64,000 bases of DNA from Octopus sinensis (Eukaryota), in contig NC_043010.1 of the NCBI RefSeq assembly GCF_006345805.1, positions 34,038,001 through 34,102,000 of the forward strand, read 5' to 3'. Position numbers and translations under genes: made by a program. How positions within the stretch are numbered: position 1 is the stretch's first letter; every line of letters starts with the position of its first letter. The notes under the pieces are model-generated. The model was not told the DNA's origin and searched no databases. It worked only from the letters and a program-made list of their open reading frames with translations. Positions 38,139-49,769 of this stretch are shown here, piece after piece.

Positions 38139-41100
38139 AAAGCTATGCCCAGAATAATGCCACTCCAATAATTCTAGATCTGCTCAAGCAAATTTAGCAC
38201 TGGAGCCAACATAATCGTAACTCAAGCCAACGAAAGCATCTGTACATGACTGCCGGTGTGCTAGAAATATCAACAAAAACCTACCTCACATTACACTATA
38301 ACATCTTGTAGGTTTTGAGTTAATGAGGAAAGCCTCCACACGGTCAAGTAACCATGTGGAGTCAAATCTCTGCCAAATCGCACTGTGACATCTTAAAAAG
38401 AAGGGAAGGACGTCTTGGATAATGCAAACATAGATAAATACCTTATATTCGAAAACAAAACGGAGGGAAAGGTCGAGGTTAAATATCTTTGACCAGAGGC
38501 TTGCATATTTACTTGTCCAAGCACAACCAAATAAAGAACGTTATGACTTTTTTGTAATAGCCATACCTACAATTTTTGTAAGATTTGTTTTCTTTCATTC
38601 CACCTTTTCACGTCTTGTAAAAACAAAAGTTGATAGAGAATTCTATTGAACTGGATGATGATTTCCAATTCCGAGAGCTTGCAGCTCATTCATATAGAAT
38701 TACTGATTAAAAACACAGTGAATTTGGTTGTCTAAATCTCCAAAGAATCTTTTGAAGAAGATATTAACATAACATATTATCTTAAATTTGCACACCAAAC
38801 CCGTTCGTAAGGCGAACTGTAAGTGGTTGACATGAACACAGCTGACTACAGTCATCCGGACAGAGTTTGAACTTAAAAGCAAATATTGCAAGGCGATTTA
38901 TTACGGCGTTCTATCGTTTCTACTAACGTAATTAGAAACGGTAACTAATAACACTATGTCCAGAATAGAAAGATCTGATGTTCCGGCTTTAGTCAGTAGG
39001 TATGCTGGATCAAGGCTAGCCCGAAATTCAACAACATTTAAATATTTTCATACATCACAGTGGTACCCCAGTATGGCCATAGCAGAAAGGTTGAAAGCAA
39101 TCGAAAGAATAAAAGGATATATTTTAGTAAAGCAGACCGTATATACATCCGGGCGCTGTTTCAGTATGGCCAAGCAGCTAAAAAATTACGCTCACCAAAG
39201 AACAGCCTGTAAAACACGAGTATTTTTGGAAGAGCATCTTAACCAACTACAGAGCAGTTTCCACGTGGAGTAATTACAATAAGCACTAATAAAATTTCTT
39301 CAAGACCATATAGTAATTCATTGCGGGCAATGTTTGTTTAAGCCTCAGGTCAGCTGACAATGAGCAACCGTAACACCAAAAGCCTTCCAGTAGTGACCAT
39401 CCCGTCTTCTACAGACAGTGTATTTAGCACTACAATATCTATCTTTTTTTTTAACGCAACATGGGTTGTGATTTGACTGTTGTTTTTAATAGCTCGAGAG
39501 AATACCCAGTTCATTTTCCGTTTTCTTGATCATGTACGTTGTATTTGTATCGCCCCACGTCAGCTTTGCTTGAGCAAATCTCTAATTAAAAATATTCTAG
39601 CCCTGACTACTGTGTAGTGGTTCTCAACCAGGGCTCATATAAGATTTTGTGGTTAAAGTTTATGTGCAACAAATTAGTTATACTTCTATAATTCACAAAA
39701 CTTCTTATTTTGAAGCCTGTGATCCGGCGACAAGGTCTCGCAGATTGAGTGACGACAGAGGCTCCTTCGTTGGCTTGTGTGCGCTGTGTTGTGGACTGAT
39801 GTTATGCACGTTATAAGTCATGCAATCGTTTGTGTAGCTGTGTCAGCCCTGATCGAGCAGACTTATGATGATCAAAGATGCAATTCAGATACAGTGCATC
39901 TTAAAATATATAAACCATTGTATCCTTCCTTTCTTAAAACAGAATGTAACTAAAAGAAATTTAGACTGGTATTTCTAGCAAGTCAAATGACTACGTAGCG
40001 GTCCCATTATTGCTCGTTGTGTATGTGCAGTGCACTACATGTGCGCACGCCAGTGGTTTCCCATATATATAGAGTCCATATGTAAATGTTCGCTGGTGCT
40101 CTATATACTGTATCTCATAGGTCTACCTTTTTGAACATAAAACATGTTGAAAGGCCTTCTTACCAACGAGACACTCAGCATCTATAGGCGCGCTGCGATG
40201 TACGAATGTGTTGGTTATTACTATTATTATTAAACATGTGTAAGTGCGCGCGTAATTACGGCACAAATGTGTGCGTGTGTGTATATTAATTTGTGCCGTT
40301 TTTATGTATCTGCCGACAATATTTAAATGAAAGAATTTTCCCCCCAATGCTCACCAAATAATATAATTACAAGGAATTTGCAGGGACTCGTGTTTAGTCT
40401 GAGTCGACAAGAATCAATTTAAAAAAGAAATACACGTTCGCATTCCTCATTTTTTTATAACTGAGAAAAAAGTTGACTGAAGAGGGGAGGTAACTGTAAG
40501 GTAGGCGCGACATGGCTTACATTTTGGTCTTAGATTAATTATATTTCACTAATGAAGAGACAGAAAGAAGAACGATCGGTTCTCATTTAATACTAATTGA
40601 GAATATGAGCAATTAAGAATTGAATTTTTAATCAAGAATTTAAAACTAAATCTGAAAGAAAAACAAAACAAAAAATCTACTAAAACCAGAAGATGGTAGT
40701 TGGGAATAAGCGAAATGAGTTGAGTGGAGCAAGTTATTTCCCCGTTTACACACTCCAAGACATTTTTTTTTTTTATCCTTAAAAACATTGTTGGTAAAAC
40801 GTGAAAAAACAGTATTGAAGATTTCTTCAAAAATTTAAGATAATTTTACAGAACCAATCACAGAAATATTTGTTCATCAAGAAAAAACAATGCATCCTAA
40901 AGTTGTTGGCATCAGCTTTGAAATAAAATAATGGTGTAAAACACAGACAAAAAGCAAAAAAGAAATCTAGGCTTTTGCTAGAAATTAAAAAAATAATCTA
41001 AATTTAAGAAGCATTGTTTTTTTCTTTTTTCTTACTTTCAATTTAAAAAACAATTAAGTAGCATCGTCCATCTCGACAATTTCACAAATCTAAACAAGTA

Positions 41101-41415
41101 CAAGGCTTCTAAGTTACATGGCAGAGTGTTTTAAAAAATGTTTTTCATAATAAAATTAACAGCATTGTATTTTTGCTTAAATTTGCCTTTTTACAATTAA
41201 TTTACATATTTGAATTAACCATAAATAAGTAAATAAAACATTTTAAGCGCTGACTGCTTGCGTTTGTTTTAAGTTTCGTTATGAATAGAAAGAAAGCTTT
41301 TTTTTTCAAAGATCATCTTGCTCCGCGCGCATATTTTAGGTTTAGATGCGAAAACGTAAAGATTAACCAACCAAAACAAGAGATAAAATCTTAAAACATG
41401 GAAATCGGTACTTAC

Positions 41416-41541
41416 CTCTGTCCGTTGCTGCAGTCTTTTGTTTAAGTCGTATATCCGATATTCCGGTTGACCCATGTTGTTGTACGGCGTATGTCGCCTA
41501 TAGTAGGTAGAGAAAGACGAATAGAAAGGATCCGAATTCAT
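41416..41541 (-). CDS. LDB2: LDB coding exon 1 (MNSDPFYSS...QQRTE, 42 codons)
   Basis: ATG in a CCACCATG Kozak context. The N-terminus matches the LDB2-type DPFYSS..FYRRHTPY motif. The donor GAG|GTAAGT follows 41416 (phase 0). Confidence 0.93.
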
Positions 41542-41764
41542 GGTGGAAGAAGTTTATATATACTAGATATATAGATATATATACATACAGATAGATATAT
41601 TTATATCTATATATCAGAGGATGTATAATAAGATTATCTGCGATGAAGATTTTCAATGAGGGAGAAGACAAAATAAATTTAACTTTTGAATGTGTTGCTA
41701 TATATATTATATATGTACATATAGCACGTGTCCACTCTTCAATGGTGGTAACCAAGGGACCCCC
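41542..41764 (-). other. Probable 5' UTR part of the LDB2-type first coding exon
   Basis: A strong acceptor (T-run with one CG, then TAG) at 41765-41790 lies upstream of the Kozak ATG. Only two short uORFs lie between them. Confidence 0.5.
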
Positions 41765-41818
41765 CTAAAAAAAAAAAAAACGAAAAAAATGGAGATATGT
41801 GGTAGTTGACTGGGCTAC

Positions 41819-41841
41819 CCGTCCTTTGCTACGGATGTCAT
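41819..41841 (-). CDS. Candidate alternative start mini-CDS (MTSVAKDG) that could splice to 41497
   Basis: ATG ACA TCC GTA GCA AAG GAC GG|gtagcc ends in phase 2, in frame with tag|G CGA CAT (RHTPY). The donor is weak. Confidence 0.3.
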
Positions 41842-42649
41842 TCAGAATGACAAATATATCTACAAGTCCTTCTGAAGTCCAACTGGGGACCGATCTTTTC
41901 CATCGTTGACCACTAATGTGGTGTGGTTGTGGTGTTATGTTCTGTTGTCTGCTGGTGTTGCTGCTGTGATGGTTAGTGGTTGTTGGTATTTCACCACATC
42001 CCACCACCGTCTTTTTCATCAAAGCCGACCACTGGAGATTGAAACAAGCACCGGCGACAACATATCCACTTAAGAGAAAGAGAGAGAGAGAGATAGAGAT
42101 AGATAGAAAGAAAGGGAGAGAGAGAAATACAGTCTGCTTCGTGTTGTTGTCAGCGTCGACGCCAACGCGTTTTGAGTTTAACGATGTTGTTGTTGTTGTT
42201 GATGTTGCTGTTCATGTGCGGGGAGGAATGAGGAGAGTTAAAATTTCTGAACAAAGAAATGTGTAAGGCTTTTTTGAAAACTAAACTAAAATCTGGCAAC
42301 AACACCAATCCGTCGTCGTTCGGTACATGTTTCCTTTGAGAGAGAAAGAGAGAGAGAGAGAAACAAAGAAATTCTTTAAAAGAAATCTTCAAATATGCCC
42401 AAAGGAGTGGAGAAAAAGTGTAGTTAGTGGTAAATAAGCGACGACTGTACAATAATATAGTGGAGTTGATGAGTCCATGTGTAACGTCAGACAGGTGAAG
42501 CTATTTTTATCTGTAGCCTGGGCCAGAAACCCCATCCACAGCACGCTAGCTATAAGCTAGCACATAGCCAGGCTTCCTATCTCTCTTATGGTTAGACAAC
42601 ACACTTGCTTACACAGACACACGATGTGTATATATATATGTGTGTAGTC

Positions 42650-43190
42650 TTTAATTGCGACTGTTGTTGTTGTTGTTGGCGGCGGCGGCGGTAGTGGCAG
42701 TGAGGGTTTGCGCCAGATTGTATGTATGTAGTAGAGTGGTTGTTACTCTACTACCACTACCATAACGACTGCAGCAGCACTTGCTGCTGATACTACTACT
42801 ACTACTACTACTACTGCCAAAAAGAAAACACAACTGTTACCACTACTACTGCTACTACAAAACACAGCTACTGCTGCTGCTGCCGCTACTACTACTACCA
42901 CTACCTGCTGGCAGAACTACCACCATCACCACCACCCCCAACAACAACGGTAACAAGAACTGAACTACTACTTCGTTTACCACCACCGCTACTACTACTA
43001 CTACTTCGTTTACCACCACCACCGCTACTACTACTACTACTACTACTTCGATATCAATCGCTGGCACCACCGCTACCACAACACTAATATAGCTTTATCA
43101 TCACCGTTACCACCACCACCAGTAGTGCTACTGCTACATCACCATTATTATTATTATTAATGTATCGCCATCGCCATCAACAACTACTAA
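42650..43190. repeat. Compound (CTA)n/(CCA)n/(CTG)n trinucleotide low-complexity tract
   Basis: Directly visible. Similar tracts lie at 45980-46215, 47090-47345, 19930-20060 and 59150-59245. Confidence 0.9.
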
Positions 43191-43399
43191 ATGCTCAGTG
43201 TTCTCGTGTATGTATGCGTTTATGTATGTATTTGGAGCGCACGGCTTAAACTATATAGAGGAGTGTGTGAGTATGAGGGGCTTAGCCGGAGTACGCGTAC
43301 ATGTGTGTGTGTGTATATGTGTGCGTGTACGCAGCAAAGAACTCTGGGAAATTGACTGATAGTTGAGATAGTATAAGAACTAAATATTGAGTTGGTGAT

Positions 43400-43720
43400 T
43401 TTAGTGGAGGAATGGTGAGAGATAGAGATAGAGAGAAAGAGAGAGGAAGGAGGGATAAATCAACTGCAAGGACGAACGAGGGGAGGAGGAGAAAGATTAT
43501 AAGGTATGAGTGATGATTAGCAAGAGGGAAGGGGAGGAGGTAGGAATTGTGGTGGAAGGTGGTGGTGGGGAGAGAAAGAGAAACAGAGAAGGAAGAGCGA
43601 GGAAGGAGACGAAGAATACGTGAAAATTAGATAAGAGGGACAAGGGAGGAAGTCTAGATGAAGGTTAGATAAGAGAGAGAGAGAGAAAAATAGAAAAAAG
43701 AGAGACAGAAATGAGAGCAT
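43400..43720. repeat. Long purine-rich (GA) tract upstream of LDB exon 1
   Basis: About 320 bp of mostly G/A on the plus strand. Confidence 0.85.
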
Positions 43721-44289
43721 GTGTAAGGGGCATAGGGTGAGTTACATGAAACAGGGACAAACGATCTCCCACCTATTTCCCCACTTCCTCCAACTATTCG
43801 CTCGCCCTCTCTCACTCACACAGCAACACACGTAAAGCACAAAGTCAATAATACATAGACACACACATATATATATATATTATACACCCATTATATATAC
43901 ATATATAATATGTGCGTATATATATATATATAGGAAACACGCAAATCCAGCAAGATTAGTTGCATGTTGAAGCAAGTTTCTCAGGCTGACTAGCTACATT
44001 GCTAAAAAGCAGTGCAAGGTTTCAGACAACTACTGCTACTACCACTTCTGCTGCTGCTTCCTCTACTATTACTACTCCTGCTTCAGGCACCGACGTCGCC
44101 TTCACAATATATGATAGCAGTTGGTAGTTGAGAGACAGAGCGAGGGAGGGGAGATGAATGTTGAAGGCCGTGTATGTGTATGTTAGCATGTGTGAATGTG
44201 AGTGTGTGTACGTAACTAGCTCACTTCATCACACCACTGATATTGCTCTGGACCAACACACACACACACATTACCATTGAGACAAACGA

Positions 44290-44730
44290 GGAAGCCTCCT
44301 CTAATCGGTCGCACGATCTGCTTAGAAGCAACCAAATCTTCCCTCAAATAACACCCTAGTCTTTTTAAAAGGGATATTTATTCGATGGTCCTCGATGCAC
44401 AGTTTGAAATAAAAAGACGATATGGTCAGAGATGGAGTGCTTTTGTCTATAGGTTTGCTCGTTGCAGGTTTTTACTCGGGGCTATACAACACACCAAATC
44501 AATTAATGTTTGTATGCAAGCAAAAATTGTGGTAATGACCGTAGTCACTGGACCTGCTAGAAATAGTAGCTAAACTTCCCTTAATTCACACACAGACACA
44601 CTAGTGTTAAAAAAATAGGACACAAGTAGTCCTACATAAAACTATTTGAATAAAAGATGGGATGGACATGGCTGGAACGTCGCTAATCATAGGTGGGCTC
44701 GATTAGGGCTGATTTGGGTTTAAACAACAC
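44290..44730 (+). mobile_element. Two tandem copies of the (CAA)n-tailed repeat family C
   Basis: Motif CTGCTAGAAATAGCAGC.AAATCT.CCTCAAAT.ACACC...GATGG.CA..GCTGGAA...TTAAACAACA. Over a dozen other copies occur, e.g. 9960, 37060, 38180, 46270, 46590, 46880, 51570, 51910 and 62140. Confidence 0.75.
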
Positions 44731-46269
44731 AAGTTAATGGATCAGTGCAAGTACAGTAGTAATAGTAGTTCATAACTTCCTCTACATCCCTAACATAACA
44801 GCAACAATAAAAGAATATCACTTAGCCCCCAACAAAACACGTCACCATCGTCATCAACACTGAAACACCACCGCCATCACTAACACTAACAACAACACAA
44901 GCACAATTGTAAATATGGTGACCTTGTTTAGTGGTGGTTATTTATGTTTGTTCGTTTATTTTCAAATATAAACGTTATAAATATTCATGTTTGGCGAGAA
45001 AGAGAGAGAAAGAGGTATAAAGCAGCTTGTGCCTACGTGCAAATAGTAACATGGTAAGTGAAGGAGATGGGTGGAGTGTCAGGGTTGCGTTGATAATTGG
45101 TTGGTTGGTTGGTTGTTTCGTTAGTTGGCAGTAAAATAAGAAAGTAATAAGCAACTAAGCAAGAGCTCGTTGGTCCTCACTACCACTATTGTTGCCGCCG
45201 CTGCTGCTATCAAGTCCCTAGTTTTTAGTTCACAGTGAAGCGAGAGCACTTATTACAGAAAACTAGGCAAAAGAGTTGGTGCTAGCATCACACACCTACA
45301 ACTACCGACCGTTGCCAAGTTCCTAGTTGATTGTTGCTGGTGTTGTTAGCTCAGATTCAGCAAACCTATGACCAAAAAAGTTCCGGTCAGGTAAAAAAAA
45401 AGTACGGTCCTTTAACGTTATAAGATCAAATTTTGTTAAGTTAACTGTGCCTTATCTTTTCGGTACGATAAAATAAAGTACCAATCTGTACTATTCGGAT
45501 TATTATTCCCATTATGCATTCTAGATGTGAATGGAATTATAACACGTTGAAGCAATGCATCCTTTATAATGGATGTTAGGGTGTCGTTTGAGATTTGCTT
45601 ATTTTTAACATATCCCCTCCCTATTTGTTTAACTGCTTGGTTAGTAAAACAAGGAAGTAATTAAGCAACTATGCAAAAGTTAGAGATAGAATCACAAGCA
45701 CCACCACCACCACCCAGCGCTACAAAATCTATACATAGCTAGCTGGTTGCTTGGTAGTGAAAGCAAGAAAGTAATTAGCTACTAGACAAGAGTTGGTGCT
45801 AGCAACAGTACCACTATTGCTAAATCCCTAGTTGGCTAGTTGTTTTTTTTTATTTTTTACTTTTACGATCTATTTATTTATTTTTACAACATACACATCG
45901 ATTTTGTCCCATTTCTGTACTGACTAACTCGTGGTTCACTCATCAAACCTAATTTAAAAGACTTGACTTAGTGTCAACGTCAGTAGCAACAGCAACAGCA
46001 GTCACACCACTACTGCTACTACAACTACTACTACAATATTACCATTAGCCATAGCCACCACCACTACTACTATTAATACTACTCGCAGCTACGATCTCCG
46101 CCGCCGCCTCAGTTGCTGCTACTACTACTACTACTACCGTTACCCCTACAACTATCATTTCCTTTAAAATAACGCACCACTATCACTACTACCACCACCA
46201 CCACCACCACCATCAATATACCAAAGCAACAATAATACTTAATACCAACCAAACTCGAGCCAACCAGTG

Positions 46270-47090
46270 AGAGCATTTACGTGGTCACTCGTCGAGTTAG
46301 AAATAGCGACCATACCTCGCCTCACTCAAAATCACATCTTGTAAATAAATAAAGGGAAAGGACACGTTAGGTAACGAAATCCTACACACCCCTAAACAGA
46401 CAAAATGGTTGTGGCTGGAAATACGCATTGATCAGGGTTGACCTGGAGCTATAAACAACAACACATTACTAATATCACCATCACAACTAACACCGCCACC
46501 TTAATACCATTATTACTTCCTACACCACCCACCACCACCGCCCGCGCCAACAAAACAACTACAACGAGGGAAGCTCCCAATGAAGCCATTAGATCCGCTA
46601 GAAATAGCAGCAGAATTTCCTTCCTTCAATCCACCTCGCGTTATAAAAAAAAAGTGCGATCGTGTGTAAATGTGGGGACGTTGGACAATGTAGTTCTAGG
46701 TATATACAGACAAGATGGTCATAGCTGGAATGCCTTTGAACATTAGGATACTCAATCAAAACTGAACCACCACCACTTCTAATACTAAACGTAATAATAA
46801 TAACAATTTCTTTATTAGCCACAAGGGCACAGATGTGTATGCGGCAATAACACTACTTTTAAGAGCCAAACGAGGGAATCCGCTACATGGTCGTTCGAAC
46901 GGTTAGAAATAGCAGCAATATTTTCCTCAAACTACATCAAATCTTTTTATATATATATATAGACAAGATACATTTGATAATGCAGACTTATAAACCACTA
47001 AAAAGACGAGATGGTCATGACTGGTATACCTTTTGATCATAGGTCGTCTGCTCAATCACGGTTGACCTGGGGTTAAACAACACTAACATT
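46270..47090 (+). mobile_element. Three family C copies separated by simple repeats
   Basis: Repeated TAGAAATAGC...GGATAATG...GACCTGG..TAAACAAC motif. Confidence 0.7.
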
Positions 47091-47980
47091 AATACCACTA
47101 CTAATAATACTATGAACACCACCAGTATCATCAGCATTATCAACACAACTTCCCTCCTCCACCAGCAGCAGCAGTACCATCACCCCCTATCTCCACCACC
47201 ATAGCTACTACCAACATCACCATTACCACCATCACCACTAGCAGCAGCACCACTACCACCACGAACATTACCACCACCACTTCCAGCAGCAGCAGCAGTA
47301 CCACCACCATCACCACAACAGTAACACTACCACCACCAGCACAACACCGTGAGAAGGTCGTCAGTTCTGAACGTTGTATCAGACGACACATTGCACAAAT
47401 ATTTCTAGGTCATCAGTTGCAAGTCTCAAAACCAAAACCAAATTTAAAAAAAGAAAAGAAAAAGAAAACATCCAAGAGCAGAGAGAAAGAAATGAAAGAA
47501 AAAAAAAAGAGGATAATGAATGATAAAACCTTTAAATTTTAACAGAAATGTTCTGAAAGAAGCTGACTTTACGTATAAAACATCTCCAAAACTCAAGAGA
47601 TTTTTTTTTTTAAGTTGGAAAATAATGCACTGTACAATTTAATTTTTTTTTTAAATGTACATTTGAAATTTACTCATACACATACACACATACAAACATG
47701 CATACACACACAAACACTTTAAAAGATAAGATGCATTTCGTTCTTCTTTTGTCTTTAACTCTGTTTCTAATGGACAGACAAGCAGAGAGGAATGATGGGC
47801 GCTCTTTTCAACGACAGTCAGGTCTGTGAAATGCAAGTAATAAGCCCAATCTAGCTGTGAATATGTAGCCCCTGTTTCAAGCTGTTCATATTTTAGTAAT
47901 TGATGTTAAATACATAAGATTTATGAATGACTATGAGTGTGCGTATGTATATTTATGTGTGTGTGTGTATGTATATATAT

Positions 47981-48026
<46 letters not shown>

Positions 48027-48134
48027 ATATATACATATAGTAAATTCAATGAACAATGCAGTAAGACAACACAGGAGGAACAAGGCTTAACAAATAAGGT
48101 ATTAACCATAACACTTTAAAGGGGAGGGATAGCA

Positions 48135-48170
48135 TCTTAATGTTTTGGATGTTAAACCTTCATCAGAAGA
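48135..48170 (-). ncRNA. Decayed minimal hammerhead motif
   Basis: The minus strand reads TCTT-CTGATGA-AGGTTTAACATCC-AAAACATT-AAGA. Reverting two CG>CA changes gives GAAACGTT, with stem I TCTT/AAGA. Confidence 0.45.
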
Positions 48171-48321
48171 GAGAAATGTAGAGAGAGTGAGAAACAGCAA
48201 TAGCCAGTGAAAGAGAAAAGTTTAAAAAAAAACAAGTGAAGGGACAGAAACCAGTTAGAAATGCTGTTCTATGATGGAAACTAAGAAACAAGGAAGGGGT
48301 GGATGTGTGTGCATGTATATA

Positions 48322-48685
48322 TATTCTTTTAATTGTATCAGTCATTTGACTGCAGCCATGCTGGAGCAATGCCTTTAGTTGAGCAAATCGACCAGAGGAC
48401 TTATTCTTTGTAAGCCTAGTATTTATTCTATCAGCCGAACCACTAAGTTATGGGGACGTAAACACACCAGCATCAGTTGTCAAACACATACACATGCATA
48501 TATATATATATATATATTACATATGATGGGCTTCTTTCAGTTTCCATCTACCAAATCCACTCACAAGGCTTTGGTTGGCCTGAGGCTATAATAGAAGACA
48601 GCAGCCCAAGATGCCACACAGTGGGACTGAACCTGGAACCATGTGGTTGGTAAGCAAGCTACTTACCACACAGCAACTCCTGCAC
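48322..48685 (-). mobile_element. Near full-length SINE family A copy
   Basis: Reverse-complement similarity to 57005-57405 along its length. Confidence 0.85.
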
Positions 48686-49396
48686 CTCTCTCGATATATA
48701 TATCTATGATCAATTCTCCCATCAAAGACAACGCATGAGTGTTCAGCTTTTGCTGAATAACATGCACAAATGATTTGTTTATAGTGATCCCGCCATCACA
48801 TTGACATTTCCTGAACAAGGTGCACGGTGTACCACACGCCAGGTGTCAAAATGGTCACAGAATAATATGAGACGAAGTGGATCCAACTGTCAGGTTGCAT
48901 AGTTAATTAAATTCCTATGTAATCAAACTGCACCATGCACAACCTAAAATCTAGGGATACAAAAGTTGTGTGCTCTGTGGAGTATATAATAAACAAATAA
49001 AGCAAGGAGAGGTAACAGGCAAGAAGAATCTTAATACTTCTGTTGAGGTTACAGCTGTTTCATAATCCACTCATATTTACATGAACTCCATTATAAACAT
49101 GAATGCAATATAAAATACATTATAGATGCATGCACACATGTGTGTATTTGCTTTGCCATGTATGTTCATGCTTTTAATGAAGTTGATGATACAAAAATGA
49201 GTGGATTACGAAACGGCTGTAACCTCTTTACTTCTCTTTGTTTTATTTGCTTATGTATATGTTACATAATGTATTTTATGTGTGACAGAATAAATAAAAC
49301 TAGAATGAATAATGAAAAACGTAATTCTTTATGAAAAGGTCCCCCTTTGCTTCAAACAGAGAGAGAGTATGTCAATGGGTGACCTGCCTCTAATTC

Positions 49397-49769
49397 CGTA
49401 TCTGGAAAGTTTGCTGCAAACATTTTTCGGTGCAGGAAAATTCGCTTCAGGATTTTTGGCTGTAGAAAGTTCGCTGCATAGGAAATTTTGCGACAAGACA
49501 AAAGATTAATTACTTCCCTTAGTATATAATTGTTTCAACCAATAAGAAGGGGTAAATCAATTTCTTAACTCATTTAAAATTTCTTGATTCATACAACAAT
49601 ATTTTTTTTGTGTAGCAAAAATGTTTGTGGAAATTTTAAATGAGTTAAGAAATTGCTTTACCCCATTTTATTAGTTGAAACAATTATATACCAAGGGGAG
49701 CGATTAATCTTTTATCTTGTGGCAAACTTTCCTATGGCCAAAACTCCTGAGGCAAACTTTCCAAGAACC
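49397..49769. mobile_element. Mutator/foldback-type MITE, 373 bp
   Basis: 9-bp TSD CTCTAATTC at 49388-49396 and 49770-49778. Long imperfect TIRs include a perfect 25-bp inner match (aatttcttaactcatttaaaatttc). Subterminal ~15-bp tandem units GGAAANTTYGC. Confidence 0.8.

Larger units (their letters stand above)
1..41541 (-). other. LDB2: LIM domain-binding protein gene (LDB1/LDB2/Chip family), coding span, 3' part outside the window
   Basis: The manually spliced exons give MNSDPFYSSFSTYYRRHTPYNNMGQPEYRIYDLNKRLQQRTE-ESDNLWWDAFATEFFEDDATLTLTFCLEDGLKRY-TIGRTLIPRYFRSIFEGGITDLYYLLKHPKESFHNTTISLDCDQAMMITHHGKPMFTK-VVTEGRLILEFTFDDLMRIRSWHFATRQHRELIPRSVIAMQ-QDPAMVEQLSKNITRQGLTNYTLNFLR-LCVILEPMQELMSRHKAYGLNPRDCL. 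This is a recognisable LDB/Chip sequence. All introns are GT-AG with compatible phases. The symbol reflects the LDB2-like N-terminus; an invertebrate gene is co-orthologous to LDB1 and LDB2. Confidence 0.97.
37950..47400. promoter_or_regulatory. CpG-retaining (probably unmethylated) promoter-proximal domain
   Basis: By eye, CG dinucleotides are frequent here and scarce in the flanking intron and upstream DNA. The domain spans exon 1, GA-rich tracts and trinucleotide tracts. Not quantified. Confidence 0.55.

Noticed and set aside
41765-42022. 85-aa minus-strand ORF MMKKTVVGCG...
   Set aside because: It ends in a poly-T acceptor tract and is out of frame with LDB under either splice; at most a uORF.
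42545-42561. Short hairpin GCTAGCT-ATA-AGCTAGC near the promoter; similar 8-bp hairpin at ~30618-30637
   Set aside because: Arms of 7-8 bp are expected by chance in 64 kb.
42651-43079. Poly-V/T/L/S ORFs on both strands
   Set aside because: They are translations of trinucleotide tracts.
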